Assembly: GCA_050261115.1 (NCBI GenBank)
Contig: JBLNCY010000057.1
Coordinates: 10,999 to 74,998 of the forward strand
From: Methanocella sp.
GTDB taxonomy: Archaea; Thermoproteota; Bathyarchaeia; Bathyarchaeales; Bathycorpusculaceae
Direction of reading: 5' to 3'
Length of the DNA: 64,000 bases
Below the pieces are notes generated by a model that did no database searches, had not been told where the DNA came from, and saw only the letters and a program-made list of their open reading frames with translations. The translations under genes were made by a program, and so were the position numbers. Every line of letters begins with the position of its first letter. Positions within the stretch are counted from its first letter, which is position 1. Below are positions 46,324 through 56,277 of this stretch, in pieces.

Positions 46324-46995
46324 ATGAACCGCAGCGAATACATTAAGTCAATAGCTGCAGTTGCAGTAATCGTTGTTGTGGTTCTTGGCTTCTTTTTTGG
46401 TTTAAGCTTCGCGTTGAACGCTGAAGTTCCAATCCGCGTGGTCGAGTCGGGAAGCATGTGTGTTCCCTATGGCGGTGCATGTGATGGGTTGAGTGACATC
46501 TTTGAGCAAACCCTGCATGTTGGTGACATCATAATCATCCAAGGTATAGACGCAGAAGCAATAAATGCGGATTATCCTAACAGCGACATAATTGTTTACC
46601 TTAACCCCACTAATCCCGCCGCCACCCCCATCGTCCATCGCGTAGTCTCCAAATATCAGGAGAACGGTGTGTGGTATTTCCAAACAAAGGGCGACGGCAA
46701 TGGACATCCTTGGCCCGCTCCGGTTTCGTCTGGGGAGTATGATTCTAACTCGATTTGGCATACCGGGCAAGGTGTCCCCGAAGACCTAGTTCTGGGGAAG
46801 GTGGTGTTGCGTGTCCCTCTGTTTGGGCACATTACATTGTTTCTGCGCAGCAACAGTTGGGGGCTACCGCTGATAGTTGCGATAATACTTATCCTGTTAA
46901 TTGTAGAGTTCGTTATTCCGATGCTTAGAACGAAAAAGAAGAATGTAGCCGCTGGAAGCGGCGGTGCTGAAGGGGTTACGCTGTTAAGCGGTTAA
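46324..46995 (+). CDS. Signal peptidase I (Sec11/S26B type)
   Basis: VVESGSM, L..GD, IVHRV, TKGDGN; likely start ATG 46324. Confidence 0.9.
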   Translation: MNRSEYIKSIAAVAVIVVVVLGFFFGLSFALNAEVPIRVVESGSMCVPYGGACDGLSDIFEQTLHVGDIIIIQGIDAEAINADYPNSDIIVYLNPTNPAATPIVHRVVSKYQENGVWYFQTKGDGNGHPWPAPVSSGEYDSNSIWHTGQGVPEDLVLGKVVLRVPLFGHITLFLRSNSWGLPLIVAIILILLIVEFVIPMLRTKKKNVAAGSGGAEGVTLLSG

Positions 46996-47539
46996 TGAAG
47001 TCTTGGCATTGTGCGTCAACATCGCCGTCTGAAGCTACTTTTACAACTGCATTAACTGTCAAGCTGTTGTCTTCTGAAAGGTTGGCTACTTGTTTTAACA
47101 CGGCAGAGTAATCCGAGTTGTCAACGCTTATCGTGCCGTATCCAAAGACGCCGATTTTCTGGTTTCCTGTCGGTGACAGGTTGGCAAGGTAATCCTGTAC
47201 TGTTTTAGCCGGCGTGTCTGCATAGATTGGGCCCCCCACAATGATTAAGTCGTATCCGGAGATGTCGGCTGCAGCGGAGCTTTTGATGCCTGCTAACACT
47301 ACGTTATAGCCCTTGTCCTGTAGGTTGTAGCCGATTTTTGTCGCCACATCCTTTGCTCCGCCCGATAAAGCGGGGCTGTATATAATGAGTGCTTGTCCGA
47401 TGGGTTAGCCGTGGGGTAATGGCTGGGTGTCGGTTGCAAGGGTGCCTGCTAAGTCGAGGGCTATTGTTGCTGTGAATGCAATGAAAACCGCTAATATGAT
47501 TACGAATATGCTGAGGATTATTTTGAAGAGTTTTCTCAT
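46976..47539 (-). pseudogene. Membrane-anchored flavodoxin-like protein interrupted by an in-frame TAA
   Basis: ATG 47539 MRKLFKIILSIF...PHG*PIGQALIIYSP.LSG...A..I...YDLIIVGGPIYA; stop at 47407-47405, frame unchanged. Confidence 0.78.
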
Positions 47540-47716
47540 AGGTCTCTCTCAGTAGCTTAGTTTGCGTTTGTTAATAATAAGCACTATCTATGGAAGGCAT
47601 GCTCTAAACCGAAAAAGTGGCTGGCCATCGGGCTTAGAGATTGCTTAGCTGTTGATAGTCGATGCATTTCTGGTGTGGGAAGCTAACAATACATGCGTTC
47701 TTTTACGACCGCGACT

Positions 47717-50485
47717 TTATCCGCCTAGGAAACTCGCAAGCCGCGTCATACCAATAATCTCATCAAAATTCAAACCCAACGCATCCAAGACCTGCTCAAA
47801 GGTTGCCTGCAAATACGCGATGTACTTATCAACGTCTATCTCGTTGCGTGAAGCTAACTCGACTGGTTTAACGCCCGAGTAGTCTTCAGCTGAACCTCCC
47901 CGCGACGAGGACTTGATGACTTTTACAAAGCTAATTTGGTCGCCTGCGCGGATTTCTTTGCCATTGTTCTGTAGAATTCGGGCTGCTTTAACGTGTTGTG
48001 GCGTTGTTTTAGTATAGCTTGCAAGCTCATCGCCTAAAACCATGTGAAATGCCAAATCGGTGTTGTCTGCCCATTCTCTGCGTTTGAGGGTGTTATAGCG
48101 TTCGCGGACGATGGCGGCGATTTCTTTTTTGGCTTTCTCGAAGTCTTGTGGGTTCTTTACTTGTCCAAGTTTGGCTTTCATCTGGTTGAAGGCGTCTTTT
48201 ATGAAGACGGGTATGTGCTTCTTTTTGCCTGTTAAGCCTTTAACGTCTACGGCGCCGTCTTCGAGTACGCCGAGGTAGTTCTTTTTGCGGCTGCTAAAAA
48301 CGGCATAGCGGTAGGTTTTGTCTACGTCGATGCCCATGCCTAATTCGTGCTCTGTATAGTGGACCACGTCTTCGATTTGCTCTTTAGTTGGGTTTTTGAG
48401 GAATAAGCTGTCGGTGTCGCCGTAGAGCACCTGGATGCCTACGGTGTTACAGTGGTTTAAGATTTGGGTGATGCTGTAGCGTCCGATGGCTGCGGTGGCT
48501 TCTGCGACTGGCGGGCAGTAGAGGTCAAAGCTGTCGGCTCCAAACACGCCATAGCTTGCGTTTAAAATTACTTTAAGCGCGCCTTGGGTGATGCTATACC
48601 AGCTGCGCAGTTCGGGGGGTAGCGTTTTGTCTTTGGCTTTGTTCTTGTACCATCTGACACGGAGGTCTCGAAGTGAGCCTATGAGTAGGCTTTCGAGGGC
48701 GCGGTGCTCGGTGCAGACCCAGTGCTGGGTGTCAGGAATCGGTTTTTTATTTTTGCAGCCGGGGTGGTTGCAGCAAATCGACTGGTAGCCAAGGTTCCAG
48801 ACTTTGATGATGGAGGGGTATAGGCTGGGGAAGTCCATGACGGAGACATTAAAGTGTACGCCGGGAACAGGCTCAACAACTATTGCGCCTTTGTATTTTT
48901 TGCCCTTGATGACGGCGGTGGTGCTGGTTTTGCCTTTTTTGGTTAGGATGTCTTCGGAGTTGGGGATTAGCATGCCGCGGTTGCGGTGTTCGCGTTGCAT
49001 AAAGTTGCGTATCCAGCGGCTCACTCCCTGGCGGCTAACGTCCTCCATGGGCATGGAGGCGATTCTGGTGAGAACTAGCAGCAGCTTCATTGCTGCGTCA
49101 TTGTCGTGGCTGGTCAGTTTGTAGGTGATCTCTGAGTCGCGCAGACAATAGGCGGATAGTTCGCTGTAATCTAATTCGCCAAACGCCTTCTCAAGATGAA
49201 GTTTCGGTGTACCAATAAGGGCGCAGCCGACGTCATCTAAGCTAACATCCTTGTACTTGCCGCCATAAGCGTAGACCTGCACGGAGCGGTTGAAAAAGAA
49301 CTTGTATAGGTCGATATGTAGCCCGTAGTGGAGTGTGCAGACCCGTTTGCCGATATCAATGGGTATCTCGCTTCTTCGTAGCCCTAAGTTGTAGGCGCGG
49401 TGGGCGAGGTATCGTAGGTCAAAGTCGTCGCCGTTAAAGGTTAAGATAAAGGGGAAATCGTTTAGAATCCCGAAAACTTTGCGGATTAGTTCTTCTTCGG
49501 TTTCACAGAACTCAATCTCTAATCCGCTGATTAGGTTTGGGTCGCCGCTTTTTACGCCTTCCCGTTTTAGCACCAGGACTTTTTTGTCGCCATCGCTGCT
49601 ATAAATTGAGCAGGCGATAACTGGGCAAGCGCCTTCTCGGGCGTCTGGAACGCGATTAGCAAGGGGGGAATAGACCTCTATGTCTATGGCTGCTCGTCTA
49701 AACTGAGGTGCAGGGTACTCGAGGAGCTTTGCCCACATTTCGGCGTAGCTGCGTTCCTCTTCACTGCATTCTTTGAAGGTGTCTCGGATTTTGGCCAGAT
49801 TCTCTGACGCCGTGATATCGACGGCCTCGACGAGGTTGCCGTCTTTAACTTCATAAATCATGCCCGGCTGGAGCTTGCGGTCGAAAATGTATGACTGGTA
49901 ATATTTGATTCTGGCTTCCCAAATCTTTGCCCCTGCATCTTGCATGCTTACCCCAAATATGCCTTTGTAATCCTCGGGGATTATGTCTCGAATTGAGCTT
50001 CCGGGGCGTCCGCCGACTGCCTGGGGGTCTTTGCAGACGATTTTGGTGACTTCTATTTCTTTGTCGTTTAAGGGGTCAAAGCGTTTGACCGTCTCAAAAT
50101 GGTCAAAGCCCTCGTGATTTTTCACCCGCTCAAAAAGCTCCATCTCCTCTTTAGCGATGCTTGTTAAACAGTAGGGGAGATGCCCTGTGTTGTCATACCA
50201 GAAGTACATTTCTCCTGCTTGGGGCTCATAGAGCTTGATTACCGCCTTCCTCAGTTTGCCATCGTAGCCTGCGGATACAAAGTAGGACGGCGGCAGGTTA
50301 GGTGGTGCAACGGGGGGGTTTGCGTGTGGTTTGCGTTCACGCTTCTTTAGGGGTGCAGGTTCCGCAGTTACGGTTGGGGGCTGCGGTTGTTTTTCTTCCT
50401 CTTTGGGCTGCGCTGGTGCCGGTGGAGGTGCCTTCTGTGGTTTAGATGTTCCCCAGAAACTATCTAAACTCTGCTGTTTTGGCAT
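47717..50485 (-). CDS. polB1: Family B DNA polymerase, PolB1 type
   Basis: YDG...A..KLY..TGH.PY N-terminal region, ExoI DIEVY, ExoII FNGDDFD, DFPSLYPS, YGDTDS; N-terminal PIP-like QQSLDSFW. Confidence 0.95.
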   Translation of the reverse strand: MPKQQSLDSFWGTSKPQKAPPPAPAQPKEEEKQPQPPTVTAEPAPLKKRERKPHANPPVAPPNLPPSYFVSAGYDGKLRKAVIKLYEPQAGEMYFWYDNTGHLPYCLTSIAKEEMELFERVKNHEGFDHFETVKRFDPLNDKEIEVTKIVCKDPQAVGGRPGSSIRDIIPEDYKGIFGVSMQDAGAKIWEARIKYYQSYIFDRKLQPGMIYEVKDGNLVEAVDITASENLAKIRDTFKECSEEERSYAEMWAKLLEYPAPQFRRAAIDIEVYSPLANRVPDAREGACPVIACSIYSSDGDKKVLVLKREGVKSGDPNLISGLEIEFCETEEELIRKVFGILNDFPFILTFNGDDFDLRYLAHRAYNLGLRRSEIPIDIGKRVCTLHYGLHIDLYKFFFNRSVQVYAYGGKYKDVSLDDVGCALIGTPKLHLEKAFGELDYSELSAYCLRDSEITYKLTSHDNDAAMKLLLVLTRIASMPMEDVSRQGVSRWIRNFMQREHRNRGMLIPNSEDILTKKGKTSTTAVIKGKKYKGAIVVEPVPGVHFNVSVMDFPSLYPSIIKVWNLGYQSICCNHPGCKNKKPIPDTQHWVCTEHRALESLLIGSLRDLRVRWYKNKAKDKTLPPELRSWYSITQGALKVILNASYGVFGADSFDLYCPPVAEATAAIGRYSITQILNHCNTVGIQVLYGDTDSLFLKNPTKEQIEDVVHYTEHELGMGIDVDKTYRYAVFSSRKKNYLGVLEDGAVDVKGLTGKKKHIPVFIKDAFNQMKAKLGQVKNPQDFEKAKKEIAAIVRERYNTLKRREWADNTDLAFHMVLGDELASYTKTTPQHVKAARILQNNGKEIRAGDQISFVKVIKSSSRGGSAEDYSGVKPVELASRNEIDVDKYIAYLQATFEQVLDALGLNFDEIIGMTRLASFLGG

Positions 50486-50588
50486 CCTCTCTCTGAACCC
50501 TTTTTATCCACTATGAGTATGAGGCACTATAAACGTTTGCTGCATAACCTGCTTAAACCGCTGAGACGAAAACAAAACAATAAAGGGG

Positions 50589-51167
50589 TTAATTTAGGAG
50601 TTCAAGAAGCCTGTTCCATGACTCTTTAGCATCTTTAGCGTTTTGGTTGCGAGGAAAAAAGCTGCAGATAACACCTAAATCCCTACAGCTATCCAAGTTC
50701 CGCTTCAAATCATCCACAAACAACACCTGACCACCCGCGATCTGCGAAATCACGTATTGGACTTGTGCTCGTTTGCTTGGGAACCGTTCGCGACCCACAA
50801 CCTCCTTGATGAAGCCGGCTAAGCCATGCTCTTCAAGATAGCCTTGGATTACCCGCTTAGTTTGCATGGAGACGATATAGATAGGGATTTTTTTCTGTCT
50901 AACTGCCTTGAGGAATCCTGCGATATAGGGTACCTGTGGGCTCCTCTTTAGCGCTTCAATCTCCATTTTCTCAATTTCTGCGCTGGCTTGTGCAAAAACT
51001 GGTGTGCCAAAGTATTGCTCATAAAACGTGAGGAGACTCTTAACCTCTTGTCCAGTGCATGTTGATGCTAACTTTAGTGCTTCTTTCCAGTTCACCTCAA
51101 CGTTGACTACTATGCCGTCGAAGTCAAGCGCAACCGCCGCAACTTTTGGGTTTATGCTACTTGCCAT
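50589..51167 (-). CDS. HAD-superfamily hydrolase
   Basis: LDFDG, IVS, K, FVDD...D motifs. Confidence 0.85.
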   Translation of the reverse strand: MASSINPKVAAVALDFDGIVVNVEVNWKEALKLASTCTGQEVKSLLTFYEQYFGTPVFAQASAEIEKMEIEALKRSPQVPYIAGFLKAVRQKKIPIYIVSMQTKRVIQGYLEEHGLAGFIKEVVGRERFPSKRAQVQYVISQIAGGQVLFVDDLKRNLDSCRDLGVICSFFPRNQNAKDAKESWNRLLELLN

Positions 51168-52234
51168 GTTTTATCTTCATGCTCCAGAATTACTCCGGCG
51201 TCTAGTTGTCGTACCAGCAGATAATTGGCTGGGAATAGGTCGTAGGTGGGTAGTTTGCCGTCTGTTTCGCCTAAGAGCGCCAGTTTAAGGTATTGGTAGG
51301 CTAGGTTGAGTTCGGGTTTGTTAAATACCTTGGCAAACGCGTAGCCCCATAGTGGTGCGGTGGTGTGCCATTTGCCATCCACTTCGGTTACTACGGGGTT
51401 GCCGTCTGCGTCTTCTTTGATGTCGGTAGAGTAGAATCCATGTGGCTGCAGGTCAAGTGCTTTAACGGATTCTATTCCGATGCGGCTAATTTTCTGGTCC
51501 ACTATGGTGCGGGCGATGGTTGGCGTTCCCGTTACCCCCGAGAGCGAGATATGCTTGAGGAAGTACTCTAAGCGTTCACGACAGTAAGACGTCACCAGTT
51601 TACCTTTATACCAAAGCGAGTCACATGCCAAGTCGCGGCCAGGCAGAAACTCTTGGATTACAAAATCGCTGACTCTACTTCTTCCCTGCGAAACGTTAAG
51701 TTCAACCCAAAGCCGCGCTTGCTGAGCGTCGGAGACTTTTAGGCCTAGTCTGCCGCCTGCGCCACGGCGCGCCCGTATCCAAAGCGGCGCCCCAATCCGG
51801 CTGAATGCTTGTTCTATATCTTGGAAGCTGCTTACTTCGATGGTTTTGGGGACGCGGACTCCTTTGGCCAGTAGGGCGTTGTGGATGAATAGTTTGTCTG
51901 GCATGATGGCGTTGGGTTGAGGTAGGTAGGTTTTTACGTTGTTGAATTGGGTCAGGTTTTGTGAGACGACTTGGGCTTCGCTTGAGGGGTGAGGGTGGAG
52001 GAAGTCGATTTTGTGGGTTTGGATGATTTTTTGTAGGAGTGGGATGAAGGTGGGGTCGTCGTGTCGGGGTGAGTGGTATCTTGTGTCGGTGTCTGGGAAC
52101 CGTAGGAGGTGGGGGTTGTGGTCGGTGCAGGCGATGTAGATGGGGATGTTTTTCTGTTGCTGTGCGAGTCTGAGGGCTCGGATGAAGCTAATGCCGCCGG
52201 AGCCGCCAGAGCCTGTTACAAGTATGTTTGTCAT
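51152..52234 (-). CDS. ATP-grasp protein
   Basis: ILVTG.GG.GG, DK, P.T, IQEFLPG, D...D.DG...VTEVD. Confidence 0.85.
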   Translation of the reverse strand: MTNILVTGSGGSGGISFIRALRLAQQQKNIPIYIACTDHNPHLLRFPDTDTRYHSPRHDDPTFIPLLQKIIQTHKIDFLHPHPSSEAQVVSQNLTQFNNVKTYLPQPNAIMPDKLFIHNALLAKGVRVPKTIEVSSFQDIEQAFSRIGAPLWIRARRGAGGRLGLKVSDAQQARLWVELNVSQGRSRVSDFVIQEFLPGRDLACDSLWYKGKLVTSYCRERLEYFLKHISLSGVTGTPTIARTIVDQKISRIGIESVKALDLQPHGFYSTDIKEDADGNPVVTEVDGKWHTTAPLWGYAFAKVFNKPELNLAYQYLKLALLGETDGKLPTYDLFPANYLLVRQLDAGVILEHEDKTWQVA

Positions 52235-53040
52235 TGCGTCTCACGTTTCTGTTCTTGTACTATCTGGTAAGCTTGGCTTCCAGTTAAAAACGTTATATCC
52301 AAAGCGGCGAGTTCCTCGACGAGTTTCGGGTAGACTCTGCCTCCCTTCATCATCACCGCATTGTCATGCCAAAGCAAAGTAAGCAACTCCGCGCCGCCCT
52401 CGTAGAGTTCTTTGGCGGTTTTTACGATGTAGGGCACGATGGATTCCTCGGTGTGCTTCATGTAGGTGAAGAGGTAGGCGTCCATGTAGGTGATGGGAAA
52501 CACAGTAACGCCGTCCCGCTCAAAACAACCAGTGTTTCTAGGAGTTATGGTGTGTTTGTCGTATGAGATGGATGAGTCGTATTTGATGCTTGCTGCCTTA
52601 AAGTTGGGGTAGGTGTTTTCTTGGATTTTGAGACAGTGGATTCGGCAGCCCACGATGGGTGCACCTAAGGCTTGCTCAATTAGGCTTTTCTCTTTGTCTA
52701 CGTCTTGTTGGTTGGCAGTATTGTTTGCGTGTAACCCAACCTCCCAGCCATGTGCCCTAAGATCACGGAGAGTTTCTGAGTACTCCATTACGGGGCTTCC
52801 ATCATCATATATAGGGCGGAAGAAGAATGTTGAGCGAATCCCGTGTTTCCCTTCGATTTCACATATTCTTGGTACCCCAAAGTAGGGGTTAAAATTGCCC
52901 TCTTGCATTTTTTGGATGATGTCTGGGGTAAATCTGTCTTGCCTTGCCAGAACGTGCGCCTTGCCCGGACCGTTTAAGGGCCAGTCAACGTCGTGGGTTA
53001 AAACGAGTTTACGCTGACTTTTGGGCGTCGGTGACTTCAA
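52231..53040 (-). CDS. Polysaccharide deacetylase-like protein
   Basis: LTHDVD, STFFF, EVGLH, G.R.H.L, YDSS, LLWH. Confidence 0.85.
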   Translation of the reverse strand: MKSPTPKSQRKLVLTHDVDWPLNGPGKAHVLARQDRFTPDIIQKMQEGNFNPYFGVPRICEIEGKHGIRSTFFFRPIYDDGSPVMEYSETLRDLRAHGWEVGLHANNTANQQDVDKEKSLIEQALGAPIVGCRIHCLKIQENTYPNFKAASIKYDSSISYDKHTITPRNTGCFERDGVTVFPITYMDAYLFTYMKHTEESIVPYIVKTAKELYEGGAELLTLLWHDNAVMMKGGRVYPKLVEELAALDITFLTGSQAYQIVQEQKRETQ

Positions 53041-53132
53041 GGCGGGTCTCCGCTTCTCTATTAGGCTTTGGGATATAAAGATTTACAGTAACCACTAACC
53101 CAGTTGCCGATTGTAGAGCTACCGAATGGGGT

Positions 53133-53309
53133 TTATTCGGCGATGTAGCCTTCTAAGCCGTTTAGAAGCGACTTCATGCGGGGTTTATGCTTCTTGTGGA
53201 TGTGAACGTCCACTTCGTTTTTGGTATCGAAGATTCTTCCGCATTCAGCGCACATGTACTGTCCGGCTCTGGTTGTGGGGGTGCTTCTTCGCTTAACTAC
53301 CTGACTCAT
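53133..53309 (-). CDS. 58-aa protein with one C2H2 zinc finger
   Basis: Hand translation includes YMCAECGRIFDTKNEVDVHIHKKH (C-x2-C-x12-H-x4-H); GAGG directly before ATG and AGGAG further upstream. Confidence 0.8.
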   Translation of the reverse strand: MSQVVKRRSTPTTRAGQYMCAECGRIFDTKNEVDVHIHKKHKPRMKSLLNGLEGYIAE

Positions 53310-53382
53310 CCTCTAACTCCTACTGGTTATTATAAAAATGGAAAATGGCTTAACTTGCTGTGTGCAGGCAAACAGTTACACA

Positions 53383-53505
53383 CTATTCTTGCTCGTGTTC
53401 TTTTCCTTCCTCTATGAGTTCACGGACCCGTGGCCCACCTTTTGCGCCGCCTTTTCTACCGGCTTCCTCAACTGTCATTTTCCCTTTTCTTGCGCTTGTT
53501 TCCAT
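53383..53505 (-). CDS. 40-aa KGG/Em-like general stress protein
   Basis: METSARKGKMTVEEAGRKGGAKGGPRVRELIEEGKEHEQE; GAGG before ATG 53505. Confidence 0.82.
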   Translation of the reverse strand: METSARKGKMTVEEAGRKGGAKGGPRVRELIEEGKEHEQE

Positions 53506-53683
53506 GTCCTCTTCTCTTCGCCTTCTTGACAAACATGTCACCTCCATTGTCGGAGCTTGCCAATGAAACTCTAGCAGATTTGAATTCGACATAAAGCTAT
53601 GTGGCTGTTATTACGCAGTAACATTCCATTTTGGGTTGTATTGCTTATTAGGGGCACCGCGTTGTTAGAACTGTGAACCGAAA

Positions 53684-55030
53684 TTGTTGCGGGAAGCTTG
53701 GACAATCGCCATAGAAACCCTGAGTTGGATGGAGATTCGCAGACTAAACGAGCGCAGCGCCCTGCTACGCACTACTAAGCAGCTAAACATCAACAACCCC
53801 GGGGTCATGCGCTTAGCTTATGGCTTGGTTGTGGAGACAACCCGCCGCAAAAACCTCATCGACAAACTCATAAATGACGTAGTCTCGCCCAAAACTCTAA
53901 AGGAGTTCGATCAAGGCTTACAGGCGTTCCTGCGCCTCTACGTTTACCAGACCCGAGTTACCAAGAACTGGGGTAAATATAACCTCAAAGAAGCTAGCAA
54001 CATTGCCAGCCTTGGACGCAGCATCCTGGGTTGGGAATCCATGCTGGAAATCGAGCCCTACCTCGGCTTCCTTTTAACCCGAAAAATTAGCCCCATAATC
54101 GAGGCGGCGCCGGTAGCAGAGAAAATCGCCCTTCAAACCTTCAACCCAACCTGGTTTGTGGAGTACTGCTTTAGCCACTTTGGCAAAGAAGAAGCCGTCG
54201 CGTTCCTTCAGGGCAGCCTCAATCCGCCTCCGACGTACATTCGTATAAACACGCTGGCCGGCTCAGAAGAAGAAATCCTCCCTAAGCTATCCGCGGAAGG
54301 AATTAGGCTCGAAAAGGCTGAACCCCTAAAGTATACCTACAAAGTCCTCGAAACCAAACAGCCATTGAACAATTCGCAGGCTCTTAGGGCAGGCCTCTTC
54401 TATGTGCAAGACAAAGCTAGTTGCTTTGCAACTCAAGCCGCAAACCCAAAGCCCGGCAGCGTGGTCTTTGATGTCTGCGCCGCACCGGGAGCCAAAACCA
54501 CCTTCCTTGCCCAGCTTATGCAAAATCAAGGCAGAATAACCTCCGTCGACTTCTCTGCCAAACGCATGAAGACCTGGCAAAAGGAAACCCATCGCATGCA
54601 AGTCACAAATGCGGAGTCACTGGTTGCAGACGCAAGAGTCTCCATCCCCTTAGTTGGGCAAGCTGACCTTTTGGTTCTTGATCCGCCTTGCACAAGCAGC
54701 GGCGTCTTTGCTAAGCAGCCCTCGGCCAAATGGCGTCTTAGCCCAAAATCCATCCAGAACATGAGTGCGATTCAGCTGAAAATGATTAACAACTGCGCTG
54801 ACAAAGTCAAAGCTGGCGGCACCTTAGTTTACTCTACTTGTAGCATTACGGTGGAGGAGAATGAGGGGGTCATAGAAGCTTTCCTGCAAGCCCACCCAGA
54901 GTTCAGTCTTGTAGAGATTGAGCCAAAAGCTGGGCTACCAGGACTTAAAGGCTTAACTCAGTGCCAACGCCTCTACCCGCACCTGCACCACTGCAATGGC
55001 TTCTTCATAGCCAAACTACAGAAGCAGTAA
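53684..55030 (+). CDS. RsmB/NOP2/Sun RNA m5C methyltransferase
   Basis: QDKAS, D.CAAPGAKT, DPPCT.SG, LVYSTCS..EENE, GFFIA. Confidence 0.93.
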   Translation: MLREAWTIAIETLSWMEIRRLNERSALLRTTKQLNINNPGVMRLAYGLVVETTRRKNLIDKLINDVVSPKTLKEFDQGLQAFLRLYVYQTRVTKNWGKYNLKEASNIASLGRSILGWESMLEIEPYLGFLLTRKISPIIEAAPVAEKIALQTFNPTWFVEYCFSHFGKEEAVAFLQGSLNPPPTYIRINTLAGSEEEILPKLSAEGIRLEKAEPLKYTYKVLETKQPLNNSQALRAGLFYVQDKASCFATQAANPKPGSVVFDVCAAPGAKTTFLAQLMQNQGRITSVDFSAKRMKTWQKETHRMQVTNAESLVADARVSIPLVGQADLLVLDPPCTSSGVFAKQPSAKWRLSPKSIQNMSAIQLKMINNCADKVKAGGTLVYSTCSITVEENEGVIEAFLQAHPEFSLVEIEPKAGLPGLKGLTQCQRLYPHLHHCNGFFIAKLQKQ

Positions 55031-55627
55031 TCAACCGCTACCAAAATCGCCCAGCGTCCTCTGCGGCGACTCCTTACTATAGAGCGGGTATGTCACTTTT
55101 GTGCCCTCTACATGTGCCAACTCGTTGAGCTCATGCCGCACCGTACCATCCTTGCTGATTATATGCAGCACTTGGATATGCCTGGCGACCAATGCGTCGC
55201 TAATCAGGTTGCGGTGGCACTTCCAGGGCAACGCCTCAGCACACATCAACGCCACCCGATTCTCCCTTGCCAAAGCAACAATTTTCAGAAGTGCTTCGGT
55301 GAATTCTTTGCTTTGCATATAGTCGGCGTATCCCCGGAAACTTGGATTTTTCAAGCCGAGGTTGATGCTGTTGGCTTTGGGGTGACGTAGGCCGCCGATT
55401 TCGGGCAGATGCACATATTTTATGTTATAGCGTTTGAGGGTGTTGGGTAGTGCTTCTTTGTTGAATTGGGGGTTGTGGCGGCTGTGCGGCGCTGTGCGGA
55501 CGTCGATAACTAGGGTGACGGAATAGGTTTGCAGGAGTTCTAAGAATTCTTCTATGGTGCGTGTACTGTGCCCTATGGTGAGCACGGTCAAGTCTGGTTC
55601 TTTACTCAACTCAGATAATGCCCTCAT
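55031..55627 (-). CDS. DUF488 family protein
   Basis: TIGHSTR, IDVR..P.SR..P.F, LGG-like IGGLR, GYADYM, LMCAE..WKCHR..I.D.L. Confidence 0.92.
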   Translation of the reverse strand: MRALSELSKEPDLTVLTIGHSTRTIEEFLELLQTYSVTLVIDVRTAPHSRHNPQFNKEALPNTLKRYNIKYVHLPEIGGLRHPKANSINLGLKNPSFRGYADYMQSKEFTEALLKIVALARENRVALMCAEALPWKCHRNLISDALVARHIQVLHIISKDGTVRHELNELAHVEGTKVTYPLYSKESPQRTLGDFGSG

Positions 55628-55973
55628 CTGCTGATATGGGCGGTTTGGATATAAGAATTAACCCTCAAACTGCCCTAGCACAGATACCTTGACAAAAGTT
55701 AGGAGAGAGATGCAAAAAAATTCATTGAGTAAACAAATAATCCCTCCCTTTTGCTTCGAACGGTATGGGTAGATTCAGCAAAACTTAGGTGCTTTAGCGG
55801 CTGTTATCCCATCCTCTATGGCTCTACAGCAAGAGACTTAAAACCGTTAACTTGCCTCTGCCTTGAGAATTAACACTCTAAGGCTCGAAACACATCACTA
55901 AAGATGAAAGATAGGCCTCATTCATTTTTATGTGGCGTTCAGGTTTAGTTAGGTCTTGCACTTACAAGCCATT

Positions 55974-56027
55974 GTTGAACCCTTGGTTGATTCTATATAT
56001 AAGGGGGGGTCTATGGCAGAGCAATAG
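55974..56027 (+). repeat. Dispersed intergenic element, copy E (full form)
   Basis: GTTGAACCCTTGGTTGATTCTATATATAAGGGGGGGTCTATGGCAGAGCAATAG. Confidence 0.88.
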
Positions 56028-56277
56028 ACGCTGTTTATTTGTTGGGTGCCGGACTAATTGCAGAACCAAAAACAACAAACCGATTAATTCCCAGCTTTCA
56101 CACTGGGTCCCTAGCAGGCGTTGGGTTGCTATCAAACCTGCCATTTTGTACCTAAAAATGTGCTAAACCGCCATTCCAGCGGCAGCTTTTGGGTTTTCCT
56201 TTTATAGGAAGGTTTTTAGTATAGTTATTGTATGAGTCTGTGAAAAAGTACAGAGTCTATAATGAGGTTAACATATT

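Noticed and set aside
47405-47407. In-frame stop as genetic-code recoding
   Set aside because: It is TAA, which ends many normal genes here; no pyrrolysine or selenocysteine machinery or SECIS-like element seen.
47717-50485. Pro-rich N-terminal extension with PIP box on PolB1
   Set aside because: An N-terminal PIP-like motif and flexible linker are known in crenarchaeal PolB1.
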